From NCBI GenBank assembly GCA_020632335.1, contig JACKFV010000002.1, positions 1 to 32,000 of the forward strand: 32,000 nucleotides of DNA, given 5' to 3'. The notes under the pieces are model-generated. The model was not told where the DNA came from. It was given only the letters and a program-made list of their open reading frames with translations, and ran no database searches. Position 1 is the first letter of the stretch. The number at the start of each line of letters is the position of its first letter. A program made the position numbers and the translations under genes. Source of the DNA: Candidatus Saccharimonadota bacterium. Its GTDB lineage: Bacteria > Patescibacteriota > Gracilibacteria > UBA4473. Shown here piece by piece: positions 7,177-16,705 of the stretch.

Positions 7177-9204
7177 CTAAACGAGGAATTTGACGTCTAC
7201 CGCATAGGCCGCTTCTGCTGTGATGAGCACGGGGTTGAGGTCGATTTCGCGTAGCTCCGGGTGGCAGAGCGCGAGGGTCTGTAGGCGTTCTAGCAGCTCT
7301 AGGAGCGCGCTTATGGCATAGTGCTGGCCACGCTCTCCCTGGAGGATGCGGCCTACTTTCGTGCCCTCCAGCATGGTGGAGATGGCGCTAGTGGGGAGGA
7401 TGCGCAGGGCGGTATCGGCGATGAGTTCGGCGTAGATGCCCCCCGCACCGACGACCATCACGGGCCCGAAGTGGGGGTCACGCTTGATGCCGGCTATCAC
7501 CGCAATGGAGTCCTCAGGGATCATCTGCTGCGCGAGGAGGCGGGCGCCCTCGAGCTGCTGCTCGGTGATGTTCTGCTGGAGCGACTCCCACGCGGTGCTG
7601 ACCTCCTCTCGGGTGCTGAGGTGGAGCCGTACGCCATGGAGTTCTGTCTTGTGCACGGCAGCTGGCGCGTCGATTTTCAGCACGATGGGGGCATACTGCT
7701 GGGTAAAATGGAGCGCTTCCTTCAGCGTTGTGCAGGTCTTACTCGGGGGCGTGAAGATGCCATACGCGGCGCAAAGAGCGCTGGTGATTTGCTGGTTTTG
7801 TAGCCCTGGGGTAGCGAGCCGTGGGTGCTTTGGCATTGTGTCTGGCCGCTCTGGGAGCGGGTCTTTGTGCCGTCTGCGGAGGAGAGAGAGGGCCTCTATC
7901 GCCTCGGACGGGGTAGGGAAGTGCGCCACCTGGTGCTCCTCCAGTACCTCTCGCCCGGGCTGGATTTTCTCGCCACCGGTCAGCACGCAGCGGATGGGCT
8001 TCTTTGTGGTGGTCTGCAGCGCGGCGATCATCGTGCAGGTCTCCACGATCTGCGTATTCTTCTGCGGGCTCATCAGCAGGAGGATCTCCTCCACCTCCGG
8101 ACGGGTGATGAGGCAGCGGAGCGTAGCCTCGTAGCGCTCTTTACCAGCGTCGCCGATGATGTCTATGGGGTTGAGTACACTGGCAGCTGGTGGCAGTATC
8201 TCGCGGAGTAGGGTACGGGTCTCCTCACTGAGTGGGGCGAGTGGCAGGGTATATTCGGCGAGGATATCGGCCGTCATAACGCCAATCCCCCCAGCGTTGG
8301 TGACCACCGTTATGCCGCTCTCAGAGCTGCTTTTTGGCGTTGGGTTGCTGCTGAGCAGCTGAAGGAGGCTTTGCATCTGGCGCATGGTGCGGACTTGCAC
8401 AACGCCGGTGCTGCGGTAGAATTCCTCGGTGATGCGCGCGTTGGGAGCCAGGGAGCCGGTATGGCTGCGGCTGGCCTGACGTGCGGCGGTGGAGGCGCCC
8501 GGTTGCAGCACGATGATGGGTTTATGCGTCTTTTGGAGGGAGTTTTTCCAGGCGTTTACCTGATGAATCGTCTCGAGGTAGAAGACCATTGCGTGCACGG
8601 CGGGGTCGTTATCCCAGGCCTGTAGGAGCTCCGTTTCGGTCACGCCAGCGGCATTCCCCAGGCTCACGAAGTGCGAAAATCCGATGCGTTCGGCCAGGGC
8701 CCAGTCGAGCAAAGCGGTACAAAACGCCCCTGACTGTGACGCAAACGCAATGCCCCCCGGCAGCGGGGAGCCGTCGGCAAAGCTGGCATTGAGCCGCGCC
8801 GCTGGGGCAATAATCCCGAGACAGTTCGGCCCCAGCAGCGGGATATTTGCAGCACGTAACTTCTTCGCAATGCGCTCCTGGAGCTGCTGATTCCCCACCT
8901 CGGCAAAGCCGGCACTGATGATAATAACGCTGCCCACCTGGGCCTCTATACACTCGCTCACAATTTGTTCAACATATGTACTCGGTACCACGATGACAGC
9001 CATATCTACAGCGGTTTCCTGCGTTATAGTGGCCTCACAGGTATATCCGAGAATTTGCTCGCCAGCGTACTTGGGGTTTACGGGGATGAGCCTGCCCGTG
9101 AACCCGGCACTGATGCAGTTCTGGAGGATGATGGTCCCCAGGGTATCGGGGTTGCGGCTGGCGCCAATGACGGCGATGGACTGCGGTGCGAGGAGGGCCT
9201 GCAT
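7177..9204 (-). CDS. ADP-forming acetyl/acyl-CoA synthetase (fused alpha-beta; NDP-forming acyl-CoA synthetase family)
   Basis: 675-aa ORF with an N-terminal CoA-binding domain (PQSIAVIGASRNP), a phosphohistidine loop (SRSHTGSLA) and a C-terminal ATP-grasp domain. Its ATG overlaps the upstream stop codon by 1 nt (TAATG on the minus strand at 9206..9202). Confidence 0.85.
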   Translation of the reverse strand: MQALLAPQSIAVIGASRNPDTLGTIILQNCISAGFTGRLIPVNPKYAGEQILGYTCEATITQETAVDMAVIVVPSTYVEQIVSECIEAQVGSVIIISAGFAEVGNQQLQERIAKKLRAANIPLLGPNCLGIIAPAARLNASFADGSPLPGGIAFASQSGAFCTALLDWALAERIGFSHFVSLGNAAGVTETELLQAWDNDPAVHAMVFYLETIHQVNAWKNSLQKTHKPIIVLQPGASTAARQASRSHTGSLAPNARITEEFYRSTGVVQVRTMRQMQSLLQLLSSNPTPKSSSESGITVVTNAGGIGVMTADILAEYTLPLAPLSEETRTLLREILPPAASVLNPIDIIGDAGKERYEATLRCLITRPEVEEILLLMSPQKNTQIVETCTMIAALQTTTKKPIRCVLTGGEKIQPGREVLEEHQVAHFPTPSEAIEALSLLRRRHKDPLPERPDTMPKHPRLATPGLQNQQITSALCAAYGIFTPPSKTCTTLKEALHFTQQYAPIVLKIDAPAAVHKTELHGVRLHLSTREEVSTAWESLQQNITEQQLEGARLLAQQMIPEDSIAVIAGIKRDPHFGPVMVVGAGGIYAELIADTALRILPTSAISTMLEGTKVGRILQGERGQHYAISALLELLERLQTLALCHPELREIDLNPVLITAEAAYAVDVKFLV

Positions 9205-10118
9205 TAGAGACGGGCTAGGAGAGGGGAGACGTCGCGCGGGGTGACCTCTGCCCAGGGCTCGGTGCTGAGGTCTTTGCGGGTGGACTGGTAGTGGAGGTAC
9301 TCACTCTTCTGAGTAGTATTTGTGTACAATACACCCGTGTGGAAAGTGCCGTTTTTCGCATCCTCATGAGCTAGAATTAGGGCATCTGCATAGCTATTGA
9401 TATCATAATGTGTTCGGTTTTCTATCTGTCGGATACGCTCCCAGTAGTAGCTATTATCGGCCTCCTTGGCATAGGTGGGGCAGCTCTGCAGCACTTCTAC
9501 GCAGGCAAAGCCATGGTGGTGTATTCCGTGGCGAATAAGCTCTGTGAGCTGCTCCCGCTCCCCGCTAAAGCCGCGCGCGTAGAAGCTCGGCTCCAGACTC
9601 ATAATGAGCTGCATGGGGTGGAGCGGCCGCTGGGGTGTGTGCCCGTCCGTGGCCGAGCGTTTGGCGCCGCAGGGGGTCAGCGCCGATGGCTGCCCGGTGG
9701 TGAGGGCGTAGTTGTGGTTATTGTGGAGCAAAAAGACCAGGGGGTAGTCGCTGCGCACGGCGTGGACGAGGTGCCCGATGCCCTCTGAGAAGGTCGCGCC
9801 GTCGCCCGCCTGGGCAATTACCACGGTATTTGGCTGGGCGAGCTTGACCCCCGCGGCCAGTGGCAACACCCGCCCGTGCAGCCCGTGGAGCGTATTGGCG
9901 GTGATTTTATCGGCCTCGTTGCCGTTGCAGCCGATGTCATAGCAGAGGATGACGTCTTGCTGTGTGAGGTTCTCCAGCGCCAGAGCGTCGATAAGCGCGT
10001 TGCGAATGGCGTGGTTGCCACAGCCCGAGCACCAGGTTATTTTCTCTTGTGTCTCGTAAGAGTTTACGAGCGTGTTCTTTTCATAGAGCACTGTGTGCTG
10101 AGTATTTTTTATGTTCAT
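9204..10118 (-). CDS. 2-oxoacid:ferredoxin oxidoreductase, beta (TPP-binding) subunit
   Basis: WCSGCGNHAI together with the GDG...NN TPP motif (IAQAGDGATFSEGIGHL...LLHNNHNYALTTGQ). I took the start at the MNIKNT ATG (10118), which forms an ATGA overlap with the alpha-subunit stop. The longer ORF to 10283 has an Arg/Pro-rich, implausible N-terminus. Confidence 0.85.
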   Translation of the reverse strand: MNIKNTQHTVLYEKNTLVNSYETQEKITWCSGCGNHAIRNALIDALALENLTQQDVILCYDIGCNGNEADKITANTLHGLHGRVLPLAAGVKLAQPNTVVIAQAGDGATFSEGIGHLVHAVRSDYPLVFLLHNNHNYALTTGQPSALTPCGAKRSATDGHTPQRPLHPMQLIMSLEPSFYARGFSGEREQLTELIRHGIHHHGFACVEVLQSCPTYAKEADNSYYWERIRQIENRTHYDINSYADALILAHEDAKNGTFHTGVLYTNTTQKSEYLHYQSTRKDLSTEPWAEVTPRDVSPLLARL

Positions 10119-11848
10119 GAGTTGATATAGTGTTCGATATACTCGATGACTTCTTCTTGGTAGAAGGGTCGGCCGTCCCACTTGAGCAGTTTGCCGCGGA
10201 AGAGGGGGCCGCAGTGCTGCTCGATAAGCTGGCCGAACTGCCCGGTGGCATTGCCCTCGATGAGGTGGATTCTCCCCTTGCACTGCTCCTGGAGGGTGCT
10301 AATAGCCTTTGTATCGAGTGGGGAGAGGCAGGGGAAGTGCAGGTAGCCCACTTGTACACCTTTTATACTCATAAGGGAAATAACATCTTGCATAATATTT
10401 TTATTCGATCCAAAGCCAATGAAAGCTATATTTGGCTCTGGAGGACCTATATATTCTGGTGGTGGTATGAGGTGATCACGAATATGGTTCAGTTTTTGTA
10501 TCCTTTTTTTGTACATACTGCTGGCGACACTGGCGTCCTCAGTGAGGGTACCGTCGGGGGTATGCTCATCACTATTGGCGCAGAAGACAGAGGGTGCCTT
10601 TGTGGGTACCCAGCGGGGAGAGATACCACTCTCGGTGAGCTGATACCGCAGGCCGTGGGTGGGTTTCTCGGCTGCTACTGGGGGCTCTGCAGTGAGGTTT
10701 CGCTCTATGGGGAAGGCCTCTAGGCTGCTGGTCTCCACGGTGTAGAGGTGCTCGCAGATCTGTTTTTCGCTCAGCAGAATGACGGGCACCTGCGCCTGCT
10801 CGCTGATGTTGAGCGCGGTCTGGATGAGGGTAAAGCTGTCGGCGGGGTCACTCACGCTCAGCACCACGCGCGCGCCTTCGCCATGGCCGGCGTATAGAGC
10901 CAGGTGTACATCGCTCTGAGCAGTCCAGGTGGGGAGGCCTGTGGCCGGTCCGGGCCGCTGGCAGAGCACGATAACCAGTGGGGTCTCGGTGATCATCGCG
11001 AGGGAGAGAGTCTCGGTCATGAGGTCAAAGCCGCCCCCAGACGTAGCCGTGAGCGCCCGGGTACCGGCGTAGTTGGCGCCCAACACCAGGCTCACTGCGG
11101 TGATCTCGTCCTCGGCCTGTTTGACGATGAGGTTATAGGCGTCGGCGTATTCGGCCAGGTGCTTGAGGATGCCTGTGGAGGGGCTCATGGGGTAGGCCGC
11201 GTAGAGGCGCACCCCGGCCTGGATGGCTCCTAGAGCGATGGCGTGGTTGCCGGTGAGGAGGCTGAGGGGCGGATTCTGCGTAGGGGGGAGGAGGGATTTT
11301 TGCTGCTGGACGGCGCTATAGCCCCACTGCGCGCAGGTGAGATCGACCGCTAGGAGGGCGGGCTTACTCCCAAACTGCTGGGTGATTTCGCTCTCCAGTG
11401 CCGGCAGTGGCAGCCCCAGGGTCTTCCAGAGCATGCCGAGGAGGATCATATTCTTCACCAGTTCGGTGCCTCCCAGCTCCATGGCTTTCTCTCGGCTGCG
11501 CACGTGCACCACCTGTATGCGGCGGCGCTCACACTCGGCGAGCTCTGGCTGTATGCCGCTGAGGCGCTCGTAGCCGTGTACCAGGTAGCCCCCGTCTATG
11601 AGGCGTGGGAGGAAACTCTGCAGGCCGATTTTGCTGAGGGAGAGGAGGATATCACACCGCTGAGAGAGGCCGTAGAGAGGCTCATCGGCAAAGGAGACGC
11701 TATAGCTGGCATGCCCGCCCTGGATGAGACTGGGGAATTCTCGCTCGGTGACTACCCAATAGCCAAGGTTTTTCAGCGCTCGGGCGACGATCTCCCCCGT
11801 GCTGACGATGCCGCCGCCGCTCTCCCCCGCTATGAGTATGCGCTTCAT
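10115..11848 (-). CDS. 2-oxoacid:ferredoxin oxidoreductase, fused gamma-alpha subunit
   Basis: 577-aa ORF. The N-terminal gamma-like domain (ILIAGESGGGIVSTGEIVARAL) is followed by an alpha domain (GNHAIALGAIQAGVRLYAAYPMSPST). Substrate specificity cannot be assigned from sequence. Confidence 0.85.
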   Translation of the reverse strand: MKRILIAGESGGGIVSTGEIVARALKNLGYWVVTEREFPSLIQGGHASYSVSFADEPLYGLSQRCDILLSLSKIGLQSFLPRLIDGGYLVHGYERLSGIQPELAECERRRIQVVHVRSREKAMELGGTELVKNMILLGMLWKTLGLPLPALESEITQQFGSKPALLAVDLTCAQWGYSAVQQQKSLLPPTQNPPLSLLTGNHAIALGAIQAGVRLYAAYPMSPSTGILKHLAEYADAYNLIVKQAEDEITAVSLVLGANYAGTRALTATSGGGFDLMTETLSLAMITETPLVIVLCQRPGPATGLPTWTAQSDVHLALYAGHGEGARVVLSVSDPADSFTLIQTALNISEQAQVPVILLSEKQICEHLYTVETSSLEAFPIERNLTAEPPVAAEKPTHGLRYQLTESGISPRWVPTKAPSVFCANSDEHTPDGTLTEDASVASSMYKKRIQKLNHIRDHLIPPPEYIGPPEPNIAFIGFGSNKNIMQDVISLMSIKGVQVGYLHFPCLSPLDTKAISTLQEQCKGRIHLIEGNATGQFGQLIEQHCGPLFRGKLLKWDGRPFYQEEVIEYIEHYINS

Positions 11849-11917
11849 ACTCCTACTCTACCGTGTACGAGAGGTGCTGGGAAGCGAGGGAGATTGACAC
11901 CGGCGGCGAATATAGTG

Positions 11918-12268
11918 CTATGCCTGCTGGGGCTTGCGCATGGGGAGGAAGAGGATGACCAGCCCCACCAGCAGCGTGATGAAGCCGTCTACCATCTGCT
12001 CTTGCTTCTCGCGGCGGTAGTTCTGGCGCTCGTAGGTGATCTTGTCTTCTACGCATGCCTTCATGGTGCTGTAGCGCTGTGGTTCGATCTGGTTCATGGC
12101 GTAGTAGCACTCCTGCTGTGGGTTGAAGTAGCTGCTGGTCTGGAAGCCAAAAATGTAGTACTTGGCGAAGGGATTGAGGAACATAATCGCCCCCACGATA
12201 GTGAGGCCAATACCGATGAGCTTGCGCACGGTATGGAAGAAATTGACGAAGGAGAAGTTCTGGAACAT
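11918..12268 (-). CDS. Small hypothetical membrane protein (two predicted TM segments)
   Basis: 116-aa ORF with hydrophobic segments LIGIGLTIVGAIMFL and FITLLVGLVILFL. It looks far more protein-like than the overlapping Arg/Pro/Ala-rich alternative frames, and it sits between priA and the oxidoreductase on the same strand. Confidence 0.5.
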   Translation of the reverse strand: MFQNFSFVNFFHTVRKLIGIGLTIVGAIMFLNPFAKYYIFGFQTSSYFNPQQECYYAMNQIEPQRYSTMKACVEDKITYERQNYRREKQEQMVDGFITLLVGLVILFLPMRKPQQA

Positions 12269-12313
12269 GGGAGAAAGTAAGTACCTCCACTGTAGCGCTC
12301 GTGTTGCTATTGT

Positions 12314-14464
12314 CTAGAGGATGGAGACCGGATGGATATCTACCCGGGCGCCTAGTGGCAGGGGGGTCTGCTCTAGCAGGGTGAGGAGGAGGGCTTCGCT
12401 CGGCAGGGTGATGAAGATGTGGAAGTGGTACCTCCCGTGCGTACGGGGGAAGAAAGCCGGCGCGAGCGTGATGACAGCGCTGAGCGAGAGGAGGCTTGCG
12501 TGGTGCTCCAGCAGCGCCTTGGTTTTCTTAGCCGTGGTGTAGGCGGTGGCTTTCTCGGTATGAGAGAGGGTGAGCTTGGCCATAGCGGTGGTAGGAGGGA
12601 GGTGTAGCTGCTCTCGGAGCGCGAGCTCATGGCGGAGAAAGCGCAGTGGTTGCTGCTGCAGAACGTGCTGCCAGAGTGGGTGCTCTGGGTTGAAGGTCTG
12701 GAGGAAAATCTGGCCCGGGAGGTGATGGCGGCCGCTGCGTCCGGCTACCTGCATACAGAGCTGGTAGACCCGCTCCTCCGCGCGGAAGTCGGGCAAGTAG
12801 AGCCCCGTATCGGCCTGGAGGATACCCACCAGCGTGACCGCGGGGTAGTCCAACCCCTTGGTGATCATCTGCGTGCCGAGGAGAATCTGTGCTCTGCGCT
12901 GCCCAAAGTCCTCTAGCATCTGCTCCAGTGCCTGCTTGTGGGTGGTGGTGTCGGCATCGGCGCGCAGCACGCCTACCCCCGGGAAGCGCTTCTGCAGGTA
13001 CTGCTCTACCGCCTGCGTACCGTAAGATCTATACTGCAGCTCGGGCTGGTGGCAGGCCGGGCATACCCCCGTATAGAGCTGCATAGTGCCGCAGAGGTGG
13101 CAGATGAGCCGCTTATTCTGGCCCTTTTCGTGGAGCTTCATTGGCGTGTCGCAGTGGGGGCAGTGCCAGGCTGCCCCGCAGTGCACGCAGAAGGTAACGC
13201 CCCACATCCCCCGTTTATTGAGGAAGAGGACGGCCTGCTCGCCACGGTTTAGTGTCTCTCTCAGCGCGGTATAGAGGGCCTGGCTCAGCGGGCTCTCATT
13301 CCCTTTGCGGCGCTCTAGGCGCATGTCGATGAGCTCTATGGCAGGCGGGGTATGGGGGGAGATCCGCTCGGGGAGCTCTACCAGCTGGTACCGCCCGGCT
13401 AGCACATGGGCAAGGGACTGGGCGCGTGGGGTAGCCGAGCCGAGTAGCAGGCCGCAGCCGGTGTGCTGGTGGAGGAACTCAGCCAGGTGCTGGGTGACGT
13501 AGCGGGGCGACTGTTGCGCGCTGTAGGTCCACTCGTGCTCTTCGTCGATGATGATCTGCCGCAGCTGTGGGAGTGGCACGAAGATGGCCGAGCGCGTCCC
13601 GATGAGGATACGGGCCTCGCCGGTGCGTAGGCGTTCGTAGCTTTGCAGGCGCTGCGTGGGGCTGCGGTTACTATGGAAGACCGCGATGCTCTCAGCCCCG
13701 AAGGCCCCCTGCCAGTGCGCCACCATCTGCGGAGTGAGGGCAATCTCGGGCACCAGCACCAGCACTTGCGCGTCGGGTGACTCTTGTAATATCTGCTGGC
13801 AGAGGCGCTTATAGACCTCCGTCTTGCCACTGCCGGTGACCCCATAGAGCAGCACGGGCTTCTTGGCAGTCTTTATTGCCTCCAGAGCCTGCTGCTGCTG
13901 TGGGGTGAGGGTATGGAGCGGCCGCGTGGCACTGCCTGTGGGGGGCTTCGCTATGGCGCCGTATACCCGCCGGACTACCCCCTGACGGAGGAGCGAGGTG
14001 ATGGTCTGCTGGCTGACGTGCTGGCGCGCGTTTGCCTCGGGGAGGGTGGGGGACTCTGCTAGCAGGGCGAGGAGGAGCTGCTGCTTCTGCCCGCGTACGG
14101 GGGGTGGGGGCGCTGTACTGAGCTGCAGGTAGGCCGTGCGCTCTACGGGCCTGGGGGAGCGAAAATATGCCTCGGGCACGGTGTGAGAGAGCACCCTGGT
14201 AAGAGGCGTGAGCGTGGTGCGCGCGGTGTGGGAGAGCAGCGCGAGGGTAGACTCAGGCAAGAACTCCGGGTGGAGGACGCCCTTTATGGGGAGTATTTTC
14301 TCTGGAGAGACGTCCGCTGGAGGGTCACGCTGCAGGCTGATGATGAGCCCCAGGCGCTGGCGATGCCGAAACTGTACCCACACCAGCGCTCCTGGGCGTA
14401 CCACTTCGGTCACTCTCCAGGTGTAGAGTGCCTGCGTACCACGCACATAGATGAGAGCGTACAT
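12314..14464 (-). CDS. priA: Primosomal protein N' (replication restart helicase PriA)
   Basis: Walker A LYGVTGSGKTEVY, DEEH box IIIDEEHEW, and a Cys-rich zinc region CVHCGAAWHCPHCDTPMKLH...CHLCG...CPACH. The start at the MYALIYV ATG (14464) is supported by TATAGT placed exactly 6 nt upstream. Confidence 0.9.
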   Translation of the reverse strand: MYALIYVRGTQALYTWRVTEVVRPGALVWVQFRHRQRLGLIISLQRDPPADVSPEKILPIKGVLHPEFLPESTLALLSHTARTTLTPLTRVLSHTVPEAYFRSPRPVERTAYLQLSTAPPPPVRGQKQQLLLALLAESPTLPEANARQHVSQQTITSLLRQGVVRRVYGAIAKPPTGSATRPLHTLTPQQQQALEAIKTAKKPVLLYGVTGSGKTEVYKRLCQQILQESPDAQVLVLVPEIALTPQMVAHWQGAFGAESIAVFHSNRSPTQRLQSYERLRTGEARILIGTRSAIFVPLPQLRQIIIDEEHEWTYSAQQSPRYVTQHLAEFLHQHTGCGLLLGSATPRAQSLAHVLAGRYQLVELPERISPHTPPAIELIDMRLERRKGNESPLSQALYTALRETLNRGEQAVLFLNKRGMWGVTFCVHCGAAWHCPHCDTPMKLHEKGQNKRLICHLCGTMQLYTGVCPACHQPELQYRSYGTQAVEQYLQKRFPGVGVLRADADTTTHKQALEQMLEDFGQRRAQILLGTQMITKGLDYPAVTLVGILQADTGLYLPDFRAEERVYQLCMQVAGRSGRHHLPGQIFLQTFNPEHPLWQHVLQQQPLRFLRHELALREQLHLPPTTAMAKLTLSHTEKATAYTTAKKTKALLEHHASLLSLSAVITLAPAFFPRTHGRYHFHIFITLPSEALLLTLLEQTPLPLGARVDIHPVSIL

Positions 14465-14531
14465 GGCCTCACTATAGCGCTGGCGGCGTGGGGGGCGAGG
14501 AGGATTTGGAGTATTCTGGTGGCATAGAAAT

Positions 14532-14559
14532 TTGACGGCGAGCGGTATATCATCACAGT
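14532..14559 (+). promoter_or_regulatory. Putative promoter (TTGACG-N16-CACAGT) of the VIT-family gene
   Basis: TTGACG lies at 14532..14537 and CACAGT at 14554..14559. The ATG at 14568 follows 8 nt after the -10. Confidence 0.4.
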
Positions 14560-14567
14560 GGCTGGCG

Positions 14568-15287
14568 ATGACCACTACCCCTACACGGCTCCATAGCACC
14601 ATGACCGAGTACCTCAAGGAGATCATCTATGGTGGTGTAGACGGCATTGTGACGACTTTTGCGGTGGTGGCGGGGTTCAGTGGCGCGGCGCTAGAGGCGG
14701 ATAACACCCTGCAGCTGAGCTTCATGACCGTGCTGCTCTTCGGCCTGGCGAACCTCTTTGCCGATGGGACGAGCATGGGCCTGGGCAATTACCTCAGTGT
14801 CAAGAGCGAGCAGGAGCTCTTCACTATATTGCACGAGAAAGAGGGCGCGCTGCTAGCGCAGGACACCACGGCTGAGCGGGTACTGACACAGCGTATCCTC
14901 CAGGAGAAGGGCTTTACACCGCCGCAGGCGCAGACGCTCATGGAGCTCTATGCGCAGAACCCCGCTTACTGGACGGATTGGCTCCTGCAGCACAAGCACG
15001 AGATGCCCGACCCCCGTGGGGTAAACCCGCTGCTGACGGGCCTGGCGACGCTGGTGTCGTTTCTGGTATTTGGGTCGGTGTCGCTGATCCCTTTCTTCTT
15101 TGACGGGCTGACGTCTCAGCAAGCGTGGTATGGTGCCTGCGCGGCTACGGTGGCGGCCTTTGTGCTGCTGGGGGTGCTGAAGTGGCGGATACTGGGAGAG
15201 CAGCTCTTGCGCAGCGTGCTGGAGCTTCTGCTCATCGGCGGGGTGAGCGCGGTAGTGGCCTATATGGTGGGGGTGTGGCTAGGCTAG
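14568..15287 (+). CDS. VIT1/CCC1-family iron/manganese transporter
   Basis: IIYGGVDGIVTTFAVVAGFSGA plus C-terminal TM helices are typical of VIT1/CCC1. The start is 14568 (favoured by promoter geometry) or 14601 (MTEYLKE). Confidence 0.8.
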   Translation: MTTTPTRLHSTMTEYLKEIIYGGVDGIVTTFAVVAGFSGAALEADNTLQLSFMTVLLFGLANLFADGTSMGLGNYLSVKSEQELFTILHEKEGALLAQDTTAERVLTQRILQEKGFTPPQAQTLMELYAQNPAYWTDWLLQHKHEMPDPRGVNPLLTGLATLVSFLVFGSVSLIPFFFDGLTSQQAWYGACAATVAAFVLLGVLKWRILGEQLLRSVLELLLIGGVSAVVAYMVGVWLG

Positions 15288-16456
15288 GGGAGGATGATCT
15301 GGCGGCCGCTCTTTATCTCTCCTTCGTCGAAGTCGGTAAGCAGGCCCTCGCGCTCGTACATGTCTTTACGGTGGTAGAGCTGCAAGATGACGAAGAAGAG
15401 CAGCAGTATCATCGGGATGACATATTGCAGCCGGTTGTACTCCAGCAGTACGTTGAATACCGCGTGCAGCCCCATAGCGATGAGCATGCCCTCCATCATT
15501 TTTTCCTCGTGGTAGAGGGTGCATTTCTTACAGTGGAGGAGCCGCTGCAGCAGGCATTTGAAGGGGTGGGCTGTGCTGCTAGCTTCTCGCATCACCCGGT
15601 GGCTGAACTGCGCTATGCCGTAGAAGTACCCGAGAATACCGCTAAACGACACGTGCGCCAGCACACTGACCGACGACCGCAGCAGGTAGAACATCCAGAA
15701 CATACGCGTGCCGATGGGATTCAGGGTAGCAAAGTCCAGCAGGTACATGATGTTCTCGATGAAGGCAAAGCCCAGCGCCACAAAGATAGCGTACTGCAGC
15801 GCATCATCTACCGAGCAGATCTTGTCCTCACCACTGAAGCGCAGCACCAGGTGCTTGAGGTACTCCTCCAGCATGCCCACCACGATGAAGAGCCACGCCA
15901 CATGGCTGAGTGTGCTATTGACCCCATAGGCCAGCAGCCCCGTAAGCACCCCCACCGACGCAAAGATCCACGGACTCTCGAAGGCTACTTTGGCCTTATG
16001 GAGGAAGGTTTTGAGGCTATTATCTCGCAGCAGTACTACCTCCAGCAGGAACATCATCACCAGTGAGAAGCAGTAGAACCCCAGGCTCACCAGGGTATTG
16101 AGGCTTACGTAGGCTAGCAGGGTGTCGAGCGACGGGAGGTGCACGAGGTCGGCGATGGCGCGGAAGAGGTCGATATGCTCGAACTTCCACAGGGCGATAT
16201 CCCAGTACTGCTCGTAGAGTTTGATGGGGATGATGCTCAGCATGCCCGCGGTGAAGGTCACCAGCACATAGCGGGCCTTCTCGGGGTGGTTCTGGTTAAA
16301 GTACCACACCCACGCCATGATGGGAAGCATAGACAGCCCCACGCACAGCAGGAAGGTTTTATTCAGGAGGATAGCCGCTATAGCAGTGCTGGCGGCCGTG
16401 AGGGCAGAGAAATCCATCTGTATATTCTGCATGTATTGCTCTACAATGTCAAGCAT
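15284..16456 (-). CDS. PrsW-family intramembrane metalloprotease
   Basis: 390-aa polytopic ORF with the PrsW motifs EEYLKH (EExxK), FAFIENIMY (FxxxEN), HVSFSGILGYF and HAVFN (HxxxN). Confidence 0.75.
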   Translation of the reverse strand: MLDIVEQYMQNIQMDFSALTAASTAIAAILLNKTFLLCVGLSMLPIMAWVWYFNQNHPEKARYVLVTFTAGMLSIIPIKLYEQYWDIALWKFEHIDLFRAIADLVHLPSLDTLLAYVSLNTLVSLGFYCFSLVMMFLLEVVLLRDNSLKTFLHKAKVAFESPWIFASVGVLTGLLAYGVNSTLSHVAWLFIVVGMLEEYLKHLVLRFSGEDKICSVDDALQYAIFVALGFAFIENIMYLLDFATLNPIGTRMFWMFYLLRSSVSVLAHVSFSGILGYFYGIAQFSHRVMREASSTAHPFKCLLQRLLHCKKCTLYHEEKMMEGMLIAMGLHAVFNVLLEYNRLQYVIPMILLLFFVILQLYHRKDMYEREGLLTDFDEGEIKSGRQIILP

Positions 16457-16633
16457 ATGGCGTTGTGCTGCTTCTAGAGGGGCTATTTCTCGAGTGAACC
16501 CGTATTGTGTTCACGAGCACCGGGGGACTTCTCGGGAGAAATATTATGACGCGATTTACTCTGCAATACTCTCTGAGAGCTGCGCGCTGAGAACAGGAAA
16601 GTGGTTCAGTCCTCTGCCATACTAGAAAAAAAG

Positions 16634-16662
16634 TTGCGCAGCCTGCTGGAGCTGCCTAGAGT
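16634..16662 (+). promoter_or_regulatory. Putative ftsA promoter (TTGCGC-N17-TAGAGT)
   Basis: TTGCGC lies at 16634..16639 and TAGAGT at 16657..16662. Confidence 0.45.
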
Positions 16663-16705
16663 GAGCCTGTAGGGGACGAGGGTGAATTTCTCGCACTGTA
16701 TTCTC

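Noticed and set aside
15284-15287. The convergent VIT and PrsW genes overlap by 4 bp and share a CTAG that supplies both stop codons.
   Set aside because: This is real in the sequence but is an ordinary consequence of genome compaction. It implies no special function beyond the lack of an intergenic terminator.
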